From NCBI GenBank assembly GCA_051942205.1, contig JAVECO010000040.1, positions 120,050 to 140,049 on the forward strand: a stretch of 20,000 nt of DNA, given 5' to 3'. Shown here piece after piece: positions 19,319 through 20,000 of this stretch; position 1 is the stretch's first letter, and every line of letters begins with the position of its first letter. The DNA comes from Coniocarpon cinnabarinum. Taxonomy: Eukaryota. A model generated the notes under the pieces. That model saw only the letters and a program-made list of their open reading frames with translations, had not been told where the DNA came from and made no database searches. Both the position numbers and the translations under genes were made by a program.

Positions 19319-19760
19319 GATTTATGATTGGCGGAGCAGACGGGAGCATTATGAGCAAATGAGTGGTTGTGCAATTTTTTAAGATACAGAAGAGCATTAA
19401 GAGAATTCACTGATGAGGCGGCGTATGCAATGCAATCAATCTCTCGGCAGCGCGGTTGCTGCCAAGACGAGGGCGGCAGTGTACAGCGTAGCGTGACAGC
19501 GCGTGTGGATCACCTTGATCATTTCCACGGCGGGCAGGGAGCTCCACCAAGGTCCGATGGTTCAGCAGTGACAGCCTCGCCGCGAGACGTCGGGTGTGAC
19601 GATAATTGCTGTGCCAGATACGGTGGCATTGGAAGTCGCCGCTTGGCTTCTAGCCTCAGTCTACTCAGGCCCGTGCGCGGTCGGATAGAGCCATAATTTC
19701 CGTATAGGGAAACTACCGCCCCACGGGCCTAAGAGCCGATAGCAGTCTTAGCAGACCTCT

Positions 19761-20000
19761 TAAATACTTAGCATATAATCCTTACTAAAATAGGCTATCT
19801 TTAGAAACTAATATCTTTATTATAATAGTATTAAATTAATAAAAAAAAAGTATTAATAGAATTTATAAATTAAGCTCTAGGTTTTAATTTTTTTTTTAAT
19901 TTTTTAATAAGTAAAATATTATATATAAGTAAATTAAAAAAGATGTATTTTAGTTAAAATTATACTAATTAGCTAAATAATTAAAAAGATATTAATATAC
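19761..20000. repeat. AT-rich block with RIP signature, probably the edge of a degenerated transposon/repeat region; truncated by the window end
   Basis: Hand count over 240 bp: 31 G+C (about 13%), roughly 50 TpA, only 1 CpA and 1 TpG. Abrupt shift from the roughly balanced GC content of the rest of the window. Confidence 0.75.

Noticed and set aside
19830..19910. A-run / T-run imperfect inverted repeat resembling a MITE or TIR
   Set aside because: Explained by low complexity at about 13% GC; no target-site duplication or defined ends.
1..20000. tRNA/rRNA genes, CRISPR arrays, telomeric repeats, transposase/RT ORFs, secondary-metabolite backbone genes
   Set aside because: None seen by eye; tRNAscan-SE and Rfam scans would be needed to exclude small RNAs.

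Overview
This is eukaryotic DNA from a filamentous ascomycete. The evidence is short (53-121 nt) GT-AG introns with CTRAY branch points, fungal-type proteins and a RIP-like AT-rich block. Reading splice signals by hand gives eight complete gene models. From left to right: a 3-exon orphan (189 aa), a LisH-like-motif protein (466 aa), a Sec14/CRAL-TRIO lipid-transfer protein with a long tail (615 aa), an FBXO21-like F-box/transglutaminase-like/YccV protein (650 aa), a secreted GH51 alpha-L-arabinofuranosidase (679 aa), a type-B carboxylesterase/lipase (558 aa), a secreted esterase-713-like alpha/beta hydrolase (380 aa) and a UDP-glucose 6-dehydrogenase (568 aa). A possible gene 3' end sits at the left edge. 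The last ~240 bp are about 13% GC with a strong RIP dinucleotide signature. I found no RNA genes, CRISPR arrays or intact transposon ORFs, and no unambiguous new biological system. The best leads are the spliced orphan gene, the Gly/Cys/Trp tail on the GH51, the uncharacterised LisH-like protein near an F-box gene, two motif substitutions in the UGDH, and a secreted-hydrolase group abutting a RIP-mutated region. Family calls come from motif recognition, not database searches.
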